Virus record (IMG/VR): IMGVR_UViG_3300029787_000065
Location: 1 to 53,833 of that record
Origin: a virus
Taxonomy: Duplodnaviria > Caudoviricetes
Length of the DNA stretch: 53,833 nt
Strand: one strand, 5' to 3'
The first letter of the stretch is position 1; the number at the start of each line of letters is the position of its first letter. Of the stretch, positions 1 to 7,830 are shown in pieces. The position numbers and the translations under genes were made by a program. The notes under the pieces were generated by a model. The model was not told where the DNA came from and searched no databases. It worked only from the letters and a program-made list of their open reading frames with translations.

Positions 1-12
1 GCGTAAACAATA

Positions 13-44
13 GGGGCGGGTGTAACAACCTGCCCCAACTTTTT
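13..44 (+). terminator. GC-rich hairpin with short T-tract (terminator-like or processing stem)
   Basis: GGGGCGGGT (13-21) pairs with ACCTGCCCC (28-36) with one G-U; TTTTT at 40-44; follows an upstream TAA at 4-6. Confidence 0.5.
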
Positions 45-67
45 AACAATCTTTGAGGTATATTATT

Positions 68-274
68 ATGGCTAAAGTAGATTTCCATGACGTGATTTCA
101 GTAAAAGCAGTTCACACACACAAGTATAAACGCCCTGATGGTCATTGGTGGGCGATCACGCTGCAGCTTGCCGATACGAAAGAGCAGTATAACCAAGTCT
201 GCATCTACACCGAAAAAGCAGAGGTAATTGAGCATATTGACAACCTCAAGCTTGTTATTGATGAGGTGGCATAA
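68..274 (+). CDS. hypothetical early protein (68 aa)
   Basis: ORF track 53..274; GAGG RBS at 55-58 favours ATG at 68. Confidence 0.7.
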   Translation: MAKVDFHDVISVKAVHTHKYKRPDGHWWAITLQLADTKEQYNQVCIYTEKAEVIEHIDNLKLVIDEVA

Positions 275-276
275 CG

Positions 277-354
277 ATGTTTGACAAAGATGGCAATTAC
301 TACCCTAACGATGATGAATTAAACGAGTTTGAAGAATCTCAGGAGACTGAATAA
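277..354 (+). CDS. small acidic peptide (25 aa, MFDKDGNYYPNDDELNEFEESQETE)
   Basis: Read by hand; GAGGTGG RBS at 263-269; stop overlaps next start (TAATG). Confidence 0.5.
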   Translation: MFDKDGNYYPNDDELNEFEESQETE

Positions 355-794
355 TGCAAATCAATAGGCTCTATTGCTCCAATGAACACTTTACCAACGA
401 TGAAGGGGAAGATATGACCCACGAAATAACCAACTTCGGAGGCCGTCTATTGACGGTGAAACAAGGGGACTTCTACTACCTTGACGCTTGGCATAATTTC
501 CTCGCCAAGGTGGTTCCCGATCTAGATCCCGCCAAGCTAGTGGATGCTAAGATCACTCTCACCGTTGTAGCAGCCCGTTACAATCAACAAGAGGTGAACG
601 AGAAAACCGTAGACTTTGTGCTTGATGACCTCAAGACATCGCTCCAAGGCACGCTCGACCAGCAGGACGCCAACGCTTTAGAGCTTGCTGCTACCCGTGC
701 ATTGATGGCCAAGGCTAAGAGGAAGCAAGAGGCCATTGACGATGCAAAGGAAGCTAAACAAATCTTCAATGAGATTGCATACGATGCAGAATAA
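354..794 (+). CDS. hypothetical early protein (146 aa)
   Basis: ORF with AGGAG RBS at 341-345. Confidence 0.75.
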   Translation: MQINRLYCSNEHFTNDEGEDMTHEITNFGGRLLTVKQGDFYYLDAWHNFLAKVVPDLDPAKLVDAKITLTVVAARYNQQEVNEKTVDFVLDDLKTSLQGTLDQQDANALELAATRALMAKAKRKQEAIDDAKEAKQIFNEIAYDAE

Positions 795-909
795 ACTTTT
801 TTATTCATTGATCACGCTTTGTCTGGCAGGGGTGGTCATCAGCATAATTACAGCAACCAACAACGTGATATTCGCCCTCTAACGTTACCAAATACCTCCC
901 TGAAACTTG

Positions 910-941
910 ACCCCATAGTTCACGCTATGGGGTTCTTTTTT
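910..941 (+). terminator. Rho-independent terminator ending the early operon
   Basis: ACCCCATAG-ttcacg-CTATGGGGT perfect 9-bp stem followed by TCTTTTTT. Confidence 0.85.
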
Positions 942-1293
942 GGGAGTGCGTGTACTGGTGGCAATAACCAGCTAAGAGATTGAATGGCCAGGGGAGTATG
1001 GTTATTGGCATGGTTGCAAATGTACCGCCCCCCTGCCCTCAACAGATCAATTTAGTAACTATTTTGTCAGTTAGAGATAATCACGGGTGCGCGTCACGCA
1101 GGAAATATAACCCAATGCAGGTGCTTGGTGTTTCCTTACACAGCTATGCTGTTTTCTTGTCATCGGCGAAAGTGCGCGGGCGATTTCGGTGCATCCCGCC
1201 CGCATGGGCCACTACTCCCCCCCGTACCACTATATACACTGCCGCTATATTTTTTATATTTTTTTACTAATATTGGCTTTGTTAACCTATTTC

Positions 1294-1322
1294 TTGACAA
1301 TAAACAATATAGTCTATATACA
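1294..1322 (+). promoter_or_regulatory. sigma70-like promoter
   Basis: TTGACA-N17-TATACA in AT-rich intergenic DNA. Confidence 0.5.
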
Positions 1323-1353
1323 TAGTACTACACCGCCCAGAGGTGTTACCACC

Positions 1354-1381
1354 ATTATAATGCTCCAGAGCAATCTGTCAA
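1354..1381 (-). promoter_or_regulatory. consensus sigma70 promoter, leftward
   Basis: Reverse complement reads TTGACA-N16-TATAAT. Confidence 0.65.
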
Positions 1382-1392
1382 GCATTTTTTTC

Positions 1393-1420
1393 TTGACAAA
1401 CTCGTATACAGCGTTATAAT
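1393..1420 (+). promoter_or_regulatory. consensus sigma70 promoter for the packaging/structural arm
   Basis: TTGACA (1393-1398)-N16-TATAAT (1415-1420), upstream of terS. Confidence 0.75.
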
Positions 1421-1517
1421 GTTATACATGGTGGATAAATTCATAATCAACCAAGTATAATTATTATTAATATTATTGTGCTGACTACTGGAAATAACAT
1501 CCACCAACATTTAGTGT

Positions 1518-1623
1518 TTTGCGCGGATAGTGATGTAGTTTTCTTCTTATGTTATTGTTGAGATCGCGGCTCGTAAGACGAAACTCCACTAGCGTATAAA
1601 GACGTACTCACTGTCCGCGCAAA
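1518..1623 (+). ncRNA. long rod-like RNA hairpin in the terS leader (putative structured RNA)
   Basis: TTTGCGCGGATAGTGA pairs with TCACTGTCCGCGCAAA (16 bp, one G-U); further inner helices; capped by TC-GTAA-GA GNRA tetraloop. Confidence 0.55.
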
Positions 1624-1642
1624 TTCTATTAAAGATATAAGT

Positions 1643-2062
1643 ATGAGTCTACCAGCTACAACAAAGCGTAAGCTAACAGATAAACAAGAAAGGTTTCTTG
1701 ACGAGTTACTATCTAACGGTGGTCATGTTAAGAACGCTGTTGCTGCTGCTGGATACAAAGAACAATCTAGGTCTTGGTTAACAAGATCACTGCGTGACGA
1801 GATTATAGAGCGTACTCGTAGTATGCTTGCAACAAACTCTGTTAAGGCTGCTAATCGTATTATAGAGGGACTAGACGCAGACGGCACCATTCCGTTAAAC
1901 CAAATGGACATGCGCCTTAAAACTGCAGAGTCCGTTCTTGACAGAGTTGGCCTTGGCAAGAAACAACAGTTAGAAGTAGAAGGACAGGTCATGCACGGTA
2001 TTGTCATGCTACCTTCTAAGGACAAACCTAAAGAGATTATAATCGAACAGGAAGCAGAGTGA
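1643..2062 (+). CDS. terS: terminase small subunit
   Basis: N-terminal LTDKQERFLDELL..G...A..AAGY HTH pattern; C-terminal LDRVGLGK..IVMLPSK; upstream of TerL. Confidence 0.8.
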   Translation: MSLPATTKRKLTDKQERFLDELLSNGGHVKNAVAAAGYKEQSRSWLTRSLRDEIIERTRSMLATNSVKAANRIIEGLDADGTIPLNQMDMRLKTAESVLDRVGLGKKQQLEVEGQVMHGIVMLPSKDKPKEIIIEQEAE

Positions 2063-2388
2063 TGTCAAAACGTGTTATTGATGATGAAGCAGAATCACTA
2101 GAAGCTGACAGGACATCGGGAAGACCTGAAGACCCCGTTAGTCAGAAAGCAGCAATTATTCAGGCAATGGAAGACAAAAATATTCCTGTGCCTAACAATG
2201 CTAACAAGCTTACTGTTGGAGAGCTACAGCAAAAATTTAACGAAGCAATGTTTCGTCGGGAACGTAGAATAGAAGATCAATTAGTGAGAGAACCTGAATT
2301 AGTCGATGACGACATGTATAGTGGCGGCTATGTAAAACAATATGCAGCAGGTGGTGGTGTACGGAAATCAAAATTTATGGATGATTAA
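2062..2388 (+). CDS. hypothetical protein with two C-terminal xxGGxV motifs
   Basis: ATG overlaps terS stop; ends MYSGGYVKQYAAGGGVRK. Confidence 0.75.
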   Translation: MSKRVIDDEAESLEADRTSGRPEDPVSQKAAIIQAMEDKNIPVPNNANKLTVGELQQKFNEAMFRRERRIEDQLVREPELVDDDMYSGGYVKQYAAGGGVRKSKFMDD

Positions 2389-2390
2389 AT

Positions 2391-3077
2391 TTGACATACC
2401 TCGCTTCTAACATCCCACATTTTAAATGTTGGGTACGAAAAGAATTTACAAACAACCACCAAGAATATCACGGAGAATACTTACACGCACTAGCAATAGC
2501 CGTAAACACAATACCAGACAGGTGTTTAAGTTTTAACGTTGTGTTTACAGGTTGTGACGAAGAAGAGAATGTACACGGTGGCGCAATGTGGGCCAGGATG
2601 CCAATCACTGCAATGGTAGCAGATACCGTGTTAGATGAGTGGCCTGAGTTGATGCCCACACACTTAGCCCAGCCTTGGGACTGCTCTTCTAGAAATCACG
2701 CTATTGTTGTTATGGACAGAGTGTCATCTAGTCCTTGGCTGTGTAAGATAGACGGAGAGTTTTATACAGGAAGATATATGTTTACGGTGGACTACACCGA
2801 CAGCTACATATCTGACGACCCAGCACAGCACAAACAATCTCATGTGTTAGAACTAATAGACGCTGGACCGTTCACAGGCAACATCATAGCACTTCCTAAT
2901 AACAGAGTACGAGTTACGAATCCCGCACTGTGGGTTACTGGAGAGGGCGCACCTGACTTTGCACCAAGTCAGTACATACATTCGGCAGAAATAGACAACA
3001 GTTATATGAATCCGAATATTACTTTTAATAATCTTTATTCAAAGGATGAAGAAGATGGCGGCAAGAAAGAAAAGTAA
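2391..3077 (+). CDS. conserved-type phage hypothetical protein (228 aa)
   Basis: TTG start, globular composition, motifs QPWDCSS, QHKQSHV, ALPNNRV; no function recognised. Confidence 0.8.
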   Translation: MTYLASNIPHFKCWVRKEFTNNHQEYHGEYLHALAIAVNTIPDRCLSFNVVFTGCDEEENVHGGAMWARMPITAMVADTVLDEWPELMPTHLAQPWDCSSRNHAIVVMDRVSSSPWLCKIDGEFYTGRYMFTVDYTDSYISDDPAQHKQSHVLELIDAGPFTGNIIALPNNRVRVTNPALWVTGEGAPDFAPSQYIHSAEIDNSYMNPNITFNNLYSKDEEDGGKKEK

Positions 3078-3402
3078 GTATATGGCAAAGGGCGGCACCG
3101 TGCCTAAGAAGAAAAGCAAGGGCATGGCCCGTGGTGGAGCTGTAGCTGGTAAGAAGAAAAGCACAAAGTATATGTCCAAGGGCGGCGTAGCCAAGAAGGC
3201 TACGAAGTATATGTCCAAGGGCGGCGGTGTTAAAGGTAAGCCTGGATTATATGCCAACATTCAAGCTAAACGTAAGCGTATCGCTGCAGGAAGCGGAGAG
3301 AAGATGCGTAAGCCTGGAAGTCCTGGTGCGCCTAAACCTAAAAACTTTAGAGACGCAGCAAAGACTGCCAAGAAACGTAAAGCTCCTCGTAGAAGATCAT
3401 GA
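3055..3402 (+). CDS. very basic Lys/Gly-rich protein with four MxxGG repeats (putative DNA-binding core protein)
   Basis: MAKGG, MARGG, MSKGG x2; DNA-level repeat AAGTATATGTCCAAGGGCGGCG twice; start could be 3046. Confidence 0.8.
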   Translation: MAARKKSKYMAKGGTVPKKKSKGMARGGAVAGKKKSTKYMSKGGVAKKATKYMSKGGGVKGKPGLYANIQAKRKRIAAGSGEKMRKPGSPGAPKPKNFRDAAKTAKKRKAPRRRS

Positions 3403-3533
3403 TTAAGAAGGCAAAGAGTAAGAAGGGAATTAAGAGTGTTCCCGCTGAACTACGTAAAGCCAGCCGTCTGCATGCTAGTCAGGCTAAACGTGTTGCAAAG
3501 TATCTGAAGAGTGCGAAGAAAACTAAAAAGTAA
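3399..3533 (+). CDS. small basic protein (44 aa, MIKKAKSKKGIKSVPAELRKASRLHASQAKRVAKYLKSAKKTKK)
   Basis: Read by hand; ATGA overlap upstream and TAATG overlap with terL; fills the gap exactly. Confidence 0.7.
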   Translation: MIKKAKSKKGIKSVPAELRKASRLHASQAKRVAKYLKSAKKTKK

Positions 3534-5176
3534 TGGCAAGACCCAAGCTAAAGCCAGGAGAAAAAGGCCGTTATAACGTATCCCGTGTACGCAAAAAGAA
3601 ACAAGAAGCACAGCGTAAGCTACGAGATACAAAGAGACAACAGGAAGCCTTAGAGAAAAAGGTAGAAAAACTACAACAAACCAAAACTAAGCAGGTAAAT
3701 GGGCAGAAACTAGCTAGTACTGGCGGGACAACAACACAAGAATTTATAAAATCACTGCCTAAAGACATACGAGAGTCAATTCAGGAGAACACAGAGGTTG
3801 TTTTCAGCCCTAACAAGGGGCCACAAGTTGACTTTCTAGCCGCACCAGAGAAAGAAGTACTGTATGGTGGGGCTGCAGGTGGCGGTAAATCGTTTGCAAT
3901 GTTGGTAGACCTCTTACGTTACGCCTCAAACGGCAACCACAGAGCGTTATTACTAAGACGGACACTGGCAGAGCTAACAGAATTAATAGATCAATCAAGA
4001 AAACTGTATCCAAAGGCGTTTCCAGGGGCAGTTTTCAGAGAATCTAAGAATACATGGTCCTTTCCTAGCGGTGCTACGGCTCTTTTTAGTTATGTTGACA
4101 AGGATAATGACGTTACACGCTACCAAGGACAGAGTTTTACGTGGATTGGTGTAGATGAACTGGGTCAATACCCTACACCATACGTTTGGAACTACCTTCG
4201 CTCTCGTTTACGTACCACAGACCCAGAGATACAGACGTATATGAGAGCTTCTGCTAACCCTGGAGGTGTAGGCGGGTGGTGGTTAAAGAAAATGTTCGTA
4301 GACCCAGCGGTTCCTAATGATCCATTTTGGGCTACGGACATAGATAGTGGTAATATTCTACGTTACGGGCCAAATCACCCGATAAATGCAGATAAACCAC
4401 TATATCAGAGACGGTTTATACCTGCGAGACTAACAGATAACCCATTTCTGATGGAGAGCGGCGAATACGAGGCAATGTTGCTGTCTCTTCCTGAAGTAGA
4501 GCGCAGAAGACTGCTAGAAGGAGACTGGGATGTTGCGGATGGGGCTGCTTTCTCAGAGTTTGACAGGTCAAAACACGTTGTTGACCCGTTTGAGGTTCCA
4601 TACAACTGGCCTAGACTACGAGCAGCCGACTATGGTTATAGCAGTCCTAGTTGCGTACTTTGGGGTGCTGTAGATTGGGATGGAAACATTTGGATTTACA
4701 GAGAACTGTACGACAAAGGCTACACAGGAGAGACATTGGCACGGATAGTTAACGCATTAGAGGAACATGATCCCCTCATGCAGATTTCTGTGTTAGATGG
4801 AGCTTGTTGGTCAAAGCACGGTACAGGGCCAAGCATAGCTGAGACTATGATACGTAACGGAACACGCTGGATTCCAGCAGATAAGAATAGAATACCAGGA
4901 AAGATAGAACTACATCGACGGTTAGCAGTAGACGAGAGAACAGACGAACCAAAACTAAAGATATTCTCAACGTGTACCAACCTCATACGGACTCTACCTA
5001 CTATACCGTTGTCTAAGACTAACAGTGAAGATGTAGATACGAAGGCAGATGACCACGCTTACGATGCTCTGAGGTATATGTGTATGACACGTCCTACAGG
5101 CTTACCACAGAACAGTATATTTAATCAAATTAAGAAAGATTCGTTTCAACCCGCAGATAGTGTATTTGGTTACTGA
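3533..5176 (+). CDS. terL: terminase large subunit
   Basis: Walker A YGGAAGGGKS, Walker B IGVDE, motif ASANPGG, C-terminal nuclease DDHAYDALRY. Confidence 0.95.
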   Translation: MARPKLKPGEKGRYNVSRVRKKKQEAQRKLRDTKRQQEALEKKVEKLQQTKTKQVNGQKLASTGGTTTQEFIKSLPKDIRESIQENTEVVFSPNKGPQVDFLAAPEKEVLYGGAAGGGKSFAMLVDLLRYASNGNHRALLLRRTLAELTELIDQSRKLYPKAFPGAVFRESKNTWSFPSGATALFSYVDKDNDVTRYQGQSFTWIGVDELGQYPTPYVWNYLRSRLRTTDPEIQTYMRASANPGGVGGWWLKKMFVDPAVPNDPFWATDIDSGNILRYGPNHPINADKPLYQRRFIPARLTDNPFLMESGEYEAMLLSLPEVERRRLLEGDWDVADGAAFSEFDRSKHVVDPFEVPYNWPRLRAADYGYSSPSCVLWGAVDWDGNIWIYRELYDKGYTGETLARIVNALEEHDPLMQISVLDGACWSKHGTGPSIAETMIRNGTRWIPADKNRIPGKIELHRRLAVDERTDEPKLKIFSTCTNLIRTLPTIPLSKTNSEDVDTKADDHAYDALRYMCMTRPTGLPQNSIFNQIKKDSFQPADSVFGY

Positions 5177-7581
5177 TGGAAGCTAATTTAAAACAATTAG
5201 AAAAGATTAAAAAAATTCTTTTCACGGATGCTCAGATAGAGAGTGGAAACTTAGAGATTCCCTCTAGAGAATCTTTGCTATCTATCGACCCTAATGATCT
5301 AACCGTAAGACAAAGTAATATTTTAAGACTCCATGATACTGGTATTAATATAGATGGCGCACAAATTAAAACTGAATTTGGTGCCATGCTTCAAGAAGCT
5401 TTTCCGTTTCAAAAAGATACAAAAGGAATGGCGCATAAGTCATCGCCTTCTGTTATCGCTGTAAATAAATTAAATGGAATTGTAAATAAGTTAAAAAAAA
5501 CAGGTTTTACTCAGGGATTTGAAACTCCTCTATCTATTCTTACAAAAGAAGTACAAACTAAAGGTTTTAATTCATTAGGTATTTCACCCAGTCAGGCAAG
5601 AGACTTTAGGTATGTTTTAAACAGAACTGTAAATCAACTTGAACTTTCTGGAAAAGAAACTACATTTTTAAGAAGTTTACAAAAAAATTTAGAAAAGTCT
5701 CAATCTACTAAATCAAAACCAGATAAGTTATTTGCTTATCCAACAGCAGAACAATTCTATACGAGACACGCTAAAATTATACGAAATATAGAGGTAGATT
5801 TAAGAGGAACAGAGAAAAAACCAAAAAAACCTAGTGCAAAAGAAATATTTAAAGCTGACTCACAAAAAGCAGCAGTATACCTATGGGGATTTACAGGTGA
5901 AAGGTTAGTACAGTTTACATCTACTTTATTATATGTTCCTACAGCATGGCAAGATAAAGGCGGTTTAGAAGGATTTTTAGAATATGCTAAAGGAACTGGA
6001 AGAGAACCTGGATACATAGACGCAAGTAATCCAGTAGCTATCATACCTATTAATCCGTTTCCTGGTCAAGCTAAAGGCTACACGCCCATACCTTTAATTC
6101 CTCCTCTTCAAGCTTTTATGAAAGATAGAATAAGAAAATCTTTAGGGGGATTAAAAGCTGGATACATAAAAGACCCATCTGGTGCGGGGGCTATTCCTTT
6201 ATTTCCAGGTGTAGAAACAGGACCTCAATTAAATACAGCTTTAAACAGAGGACAGTATAAAGAAGTTTTTGCAGACTTAGAAAAGTCTACATATGCACAA
6301 GATGGAACTGAACTGCCAGGAATGGGTCGTCCTATAGAGGCTAAAGATAACAGAAAAATATTACCCTCAATGATGCTAACTCAAGCTGGTATGTCTCCTG
6401 TGCAATCTGCTCAAGTAATTGAAAGTATGCACGGGAAACAAAAAGAAACTCTTGCATTTGCAGAAGGTATTTTAGATAAAGTATCAAGAGAAAGTTATGT
6501 AGGTGCTAGAGTAATTGGTGAGAAATTAACTAACGAAACTGTTGGACAAGCATTTTTATTAAGGCAACAAGCTAAAGCGTTAGGTGTACAGACACTTAAT
6601 GAGATACCTGCAAGATTGGGTTTGGGTCTTATTCCTGAATTAACAGATGAAGGTGTTACAAGGTTTAGTATAGATTTAGCAGAAGATACTGATCCAGACG
6701 TTCCTGAAACAACTAAGACTGTTTCAAAAACAGATAATGAAACTTTTGTTAAAAGTGCAGAACTATCTGAAGCAGAAACAGAAGAAGCTATTACTGCATC
6801 TGAATTAAGATCAGAGAAAAATAAACTAGAAACAGAACGAGTAAAACAAGAAAGAATAGCGCAATTTGGTGAAGAACCAACAACATCTGCACGAACTTCT
6901 TCTGATCCTAGAACAGTAGTTCAACAAACTGATGAGTTAATTGATCAACCAAAACCTGTTGTTCAAAAGTTTGCGTTTGGTGAAGCACTAAGAATTGGTG
7001 CGATTACTCCAGAAGAAGTAGAAATGGCTGAACAAGCTAAAGCAAATGGAGACATGGATACGTACAACGAGGTACGTAGAGACTCTTTCAGTAAAATAAG
7101 ACAGATACTAAAAGATAACATTAAAAAAGGTATAAAAACAGCTTTGCCCATCATGGCTGGTGGCGCACTAGGTGCAGTATCTATAGCTGCAGAGGTTGCT
7201 GCAGAGGCTGCAGATGCTAGTCCTATAGGCACACCTCCTGAAGATGTACCTCCTGAAGAATTACTCAAATCTCTGCAAACAGGAATGGCAGGACGAACTG
7301 GGCGTGGAGAACGTTTTACAAATGTTCCCAAAATAGAAAAAGAAGTAGAAAGTAGAATAGCTACAGAAACAGCAGTTCGTTCTGAAGATGCTGCACAAAA
7401 TGCAGCATTAGAACGTTTAAGAGCAATGGGTACAATTGGTAGAAAACCAAAAGACCTTCTTCCTAAAAATGTTGAAGGACAATTAGGATTTATAGAACAG
7501 CAACGAAAAGATATGGTTAACAGACCTTCCATGTTACAACAAGAGTATGAAGGATACTTAAATCAACAAAGGAGAAAGTAA
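5176..7581 (+). CDS. 801-aa protein with a divergent tyrosine recombinase/telomere-resolvase-like core and low-complexity C-terminal half
   Basis: Ordered motifs FTGER243, GQAK300, PIPL, LFP, K390DNR393, MHGK, Y441; ORF is certain, function tentative. Confidence 0.55.
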   Translation: MEANLKQLEKIKKILFTDAQIESGNLEIPSRESLLSIDPNDLTVRQSNILRLHDTGINIDGAQIKTEFGAMLQEAFPFQKDTKGMAHKSSPSVIAVNKLNGIVNKLKKTGFTQGFETPLSILTKEVQTKGFNSLGISPSQARDFRYVLNRTVNQLELSGKETTFLRSLQKNLEKSQSTKSKPDKLFAYPTAEQFYTRHAKIIRNIEVDLRGTEKKPKKPSAKEIFKADSQKAAVYLWGFTGERLVQFTSTLLYVPTAWQDKGGLEGFLEYAKGTGREPGYIDASNPVAIIPINPFPGQAKGYTPIPLIPPLQAFMKDRIRKSLGGLKAGYIKDPSGAGAIPLFPGVETGPQLNTALNRGQYKEVFADLEKSTYAQDGTELPGMGRPIEAKDNRKILPSMMLTQAGMSPVQSAQVIESMHGKQKETLAFAEGILDKVSRESYVGARVIGEKLTNETVGQAFLLRQQAKALGVQTLNEIPARLGLGLIPELTDEGVTRFSIDLAEDTDPDVPETTKTVSKTDNETFVKSAELSEAETEEAITASELRSEKNKLETERVKQERIAQFGEEPTTSARTSSDPRTVVQQTDELIDQPKPVVQKFAFGEALRIGAITPEEVEMAEQAKANGDMDTYNEVRRDSFSKIRQILKDNIKKGIKTALPIMAGGALGAVSIAAEVAAEAADASPIGTPPEDVPPEELLKSLQTGMAGRTGRGERFTNVPKIEKEVESRIATETAVRSEDAAQNAALERLRAMGTIGRKPKDLLPKNVEGQLGFIEQQRKDMVNRPSMLQQEYEGYLNQQRRK

Positions 7582-7582
7582 A

Positions 7583-7816
7583 ATGCCACAAGGTAATCCA
7601 CAAGCATACAAGGCTGGCTACATCATGGGCCAGATGAGCAAACAAGGCGAAATGTCTGACGCAAACGAGGCATCACTATATCGTGAGCCGCTAGAGTTCA
7701 ACACTACAATTAACGTAGGCAAGCTCACAGAAGATGTACCTTCGGAAGCTGGTAACAAGCACATGGGTCAAGCCTCCATGATTATGGCTTCTGATAAGCA
7801 AGGCATCTACAGCTAA
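7583..7816 (+). CDS. hypothetical protein (77 aa)
   Basis: AGGAG RBS; fills the gap before portal. Confidence 0.75.
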   Translation: MPQGNPQAYKAGYIMGQMSKQGEMSDANEASLYREPLEFNTTINVGKLTEDVPSEAGNKHMGQASMIMASDKQGIYS

Positions 7817-7830
7817 AAGAAAGAGTTACA

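Noticed and set aside
810-903. Small structured RNA before the early terminator
   Set aside because: Only short alternative pairings (CAGGGG-T-GGT/ACCTCCCTG, ATCACG/CGTGAT); not distinguishable from chance without folding or covariation data
1005-1018. sigma54 promoter (TTGGCA...TTGCA)
   Set aside because: GG-to-GC spacing is 7 nt rather than the required 10
1353-1362. Protelomerase target (tos/telRL) palindrome
   Set aside because: CATTATAATG is only 10 bp; I found no long perfect palindrome by eye, so a target site is unsupported
980-1419. Three short + strand ORFs in the track
   Set aside because: No RBS, non-ATG or weak starts, atypical composition; they overlap promoters and structured non-coding DNA
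1555-1590. Hammerhead ribozyme (GACGAAAC present)
   Set aside because: No CUGANGA core at the needed position; the sequence folds better as one long hairpin
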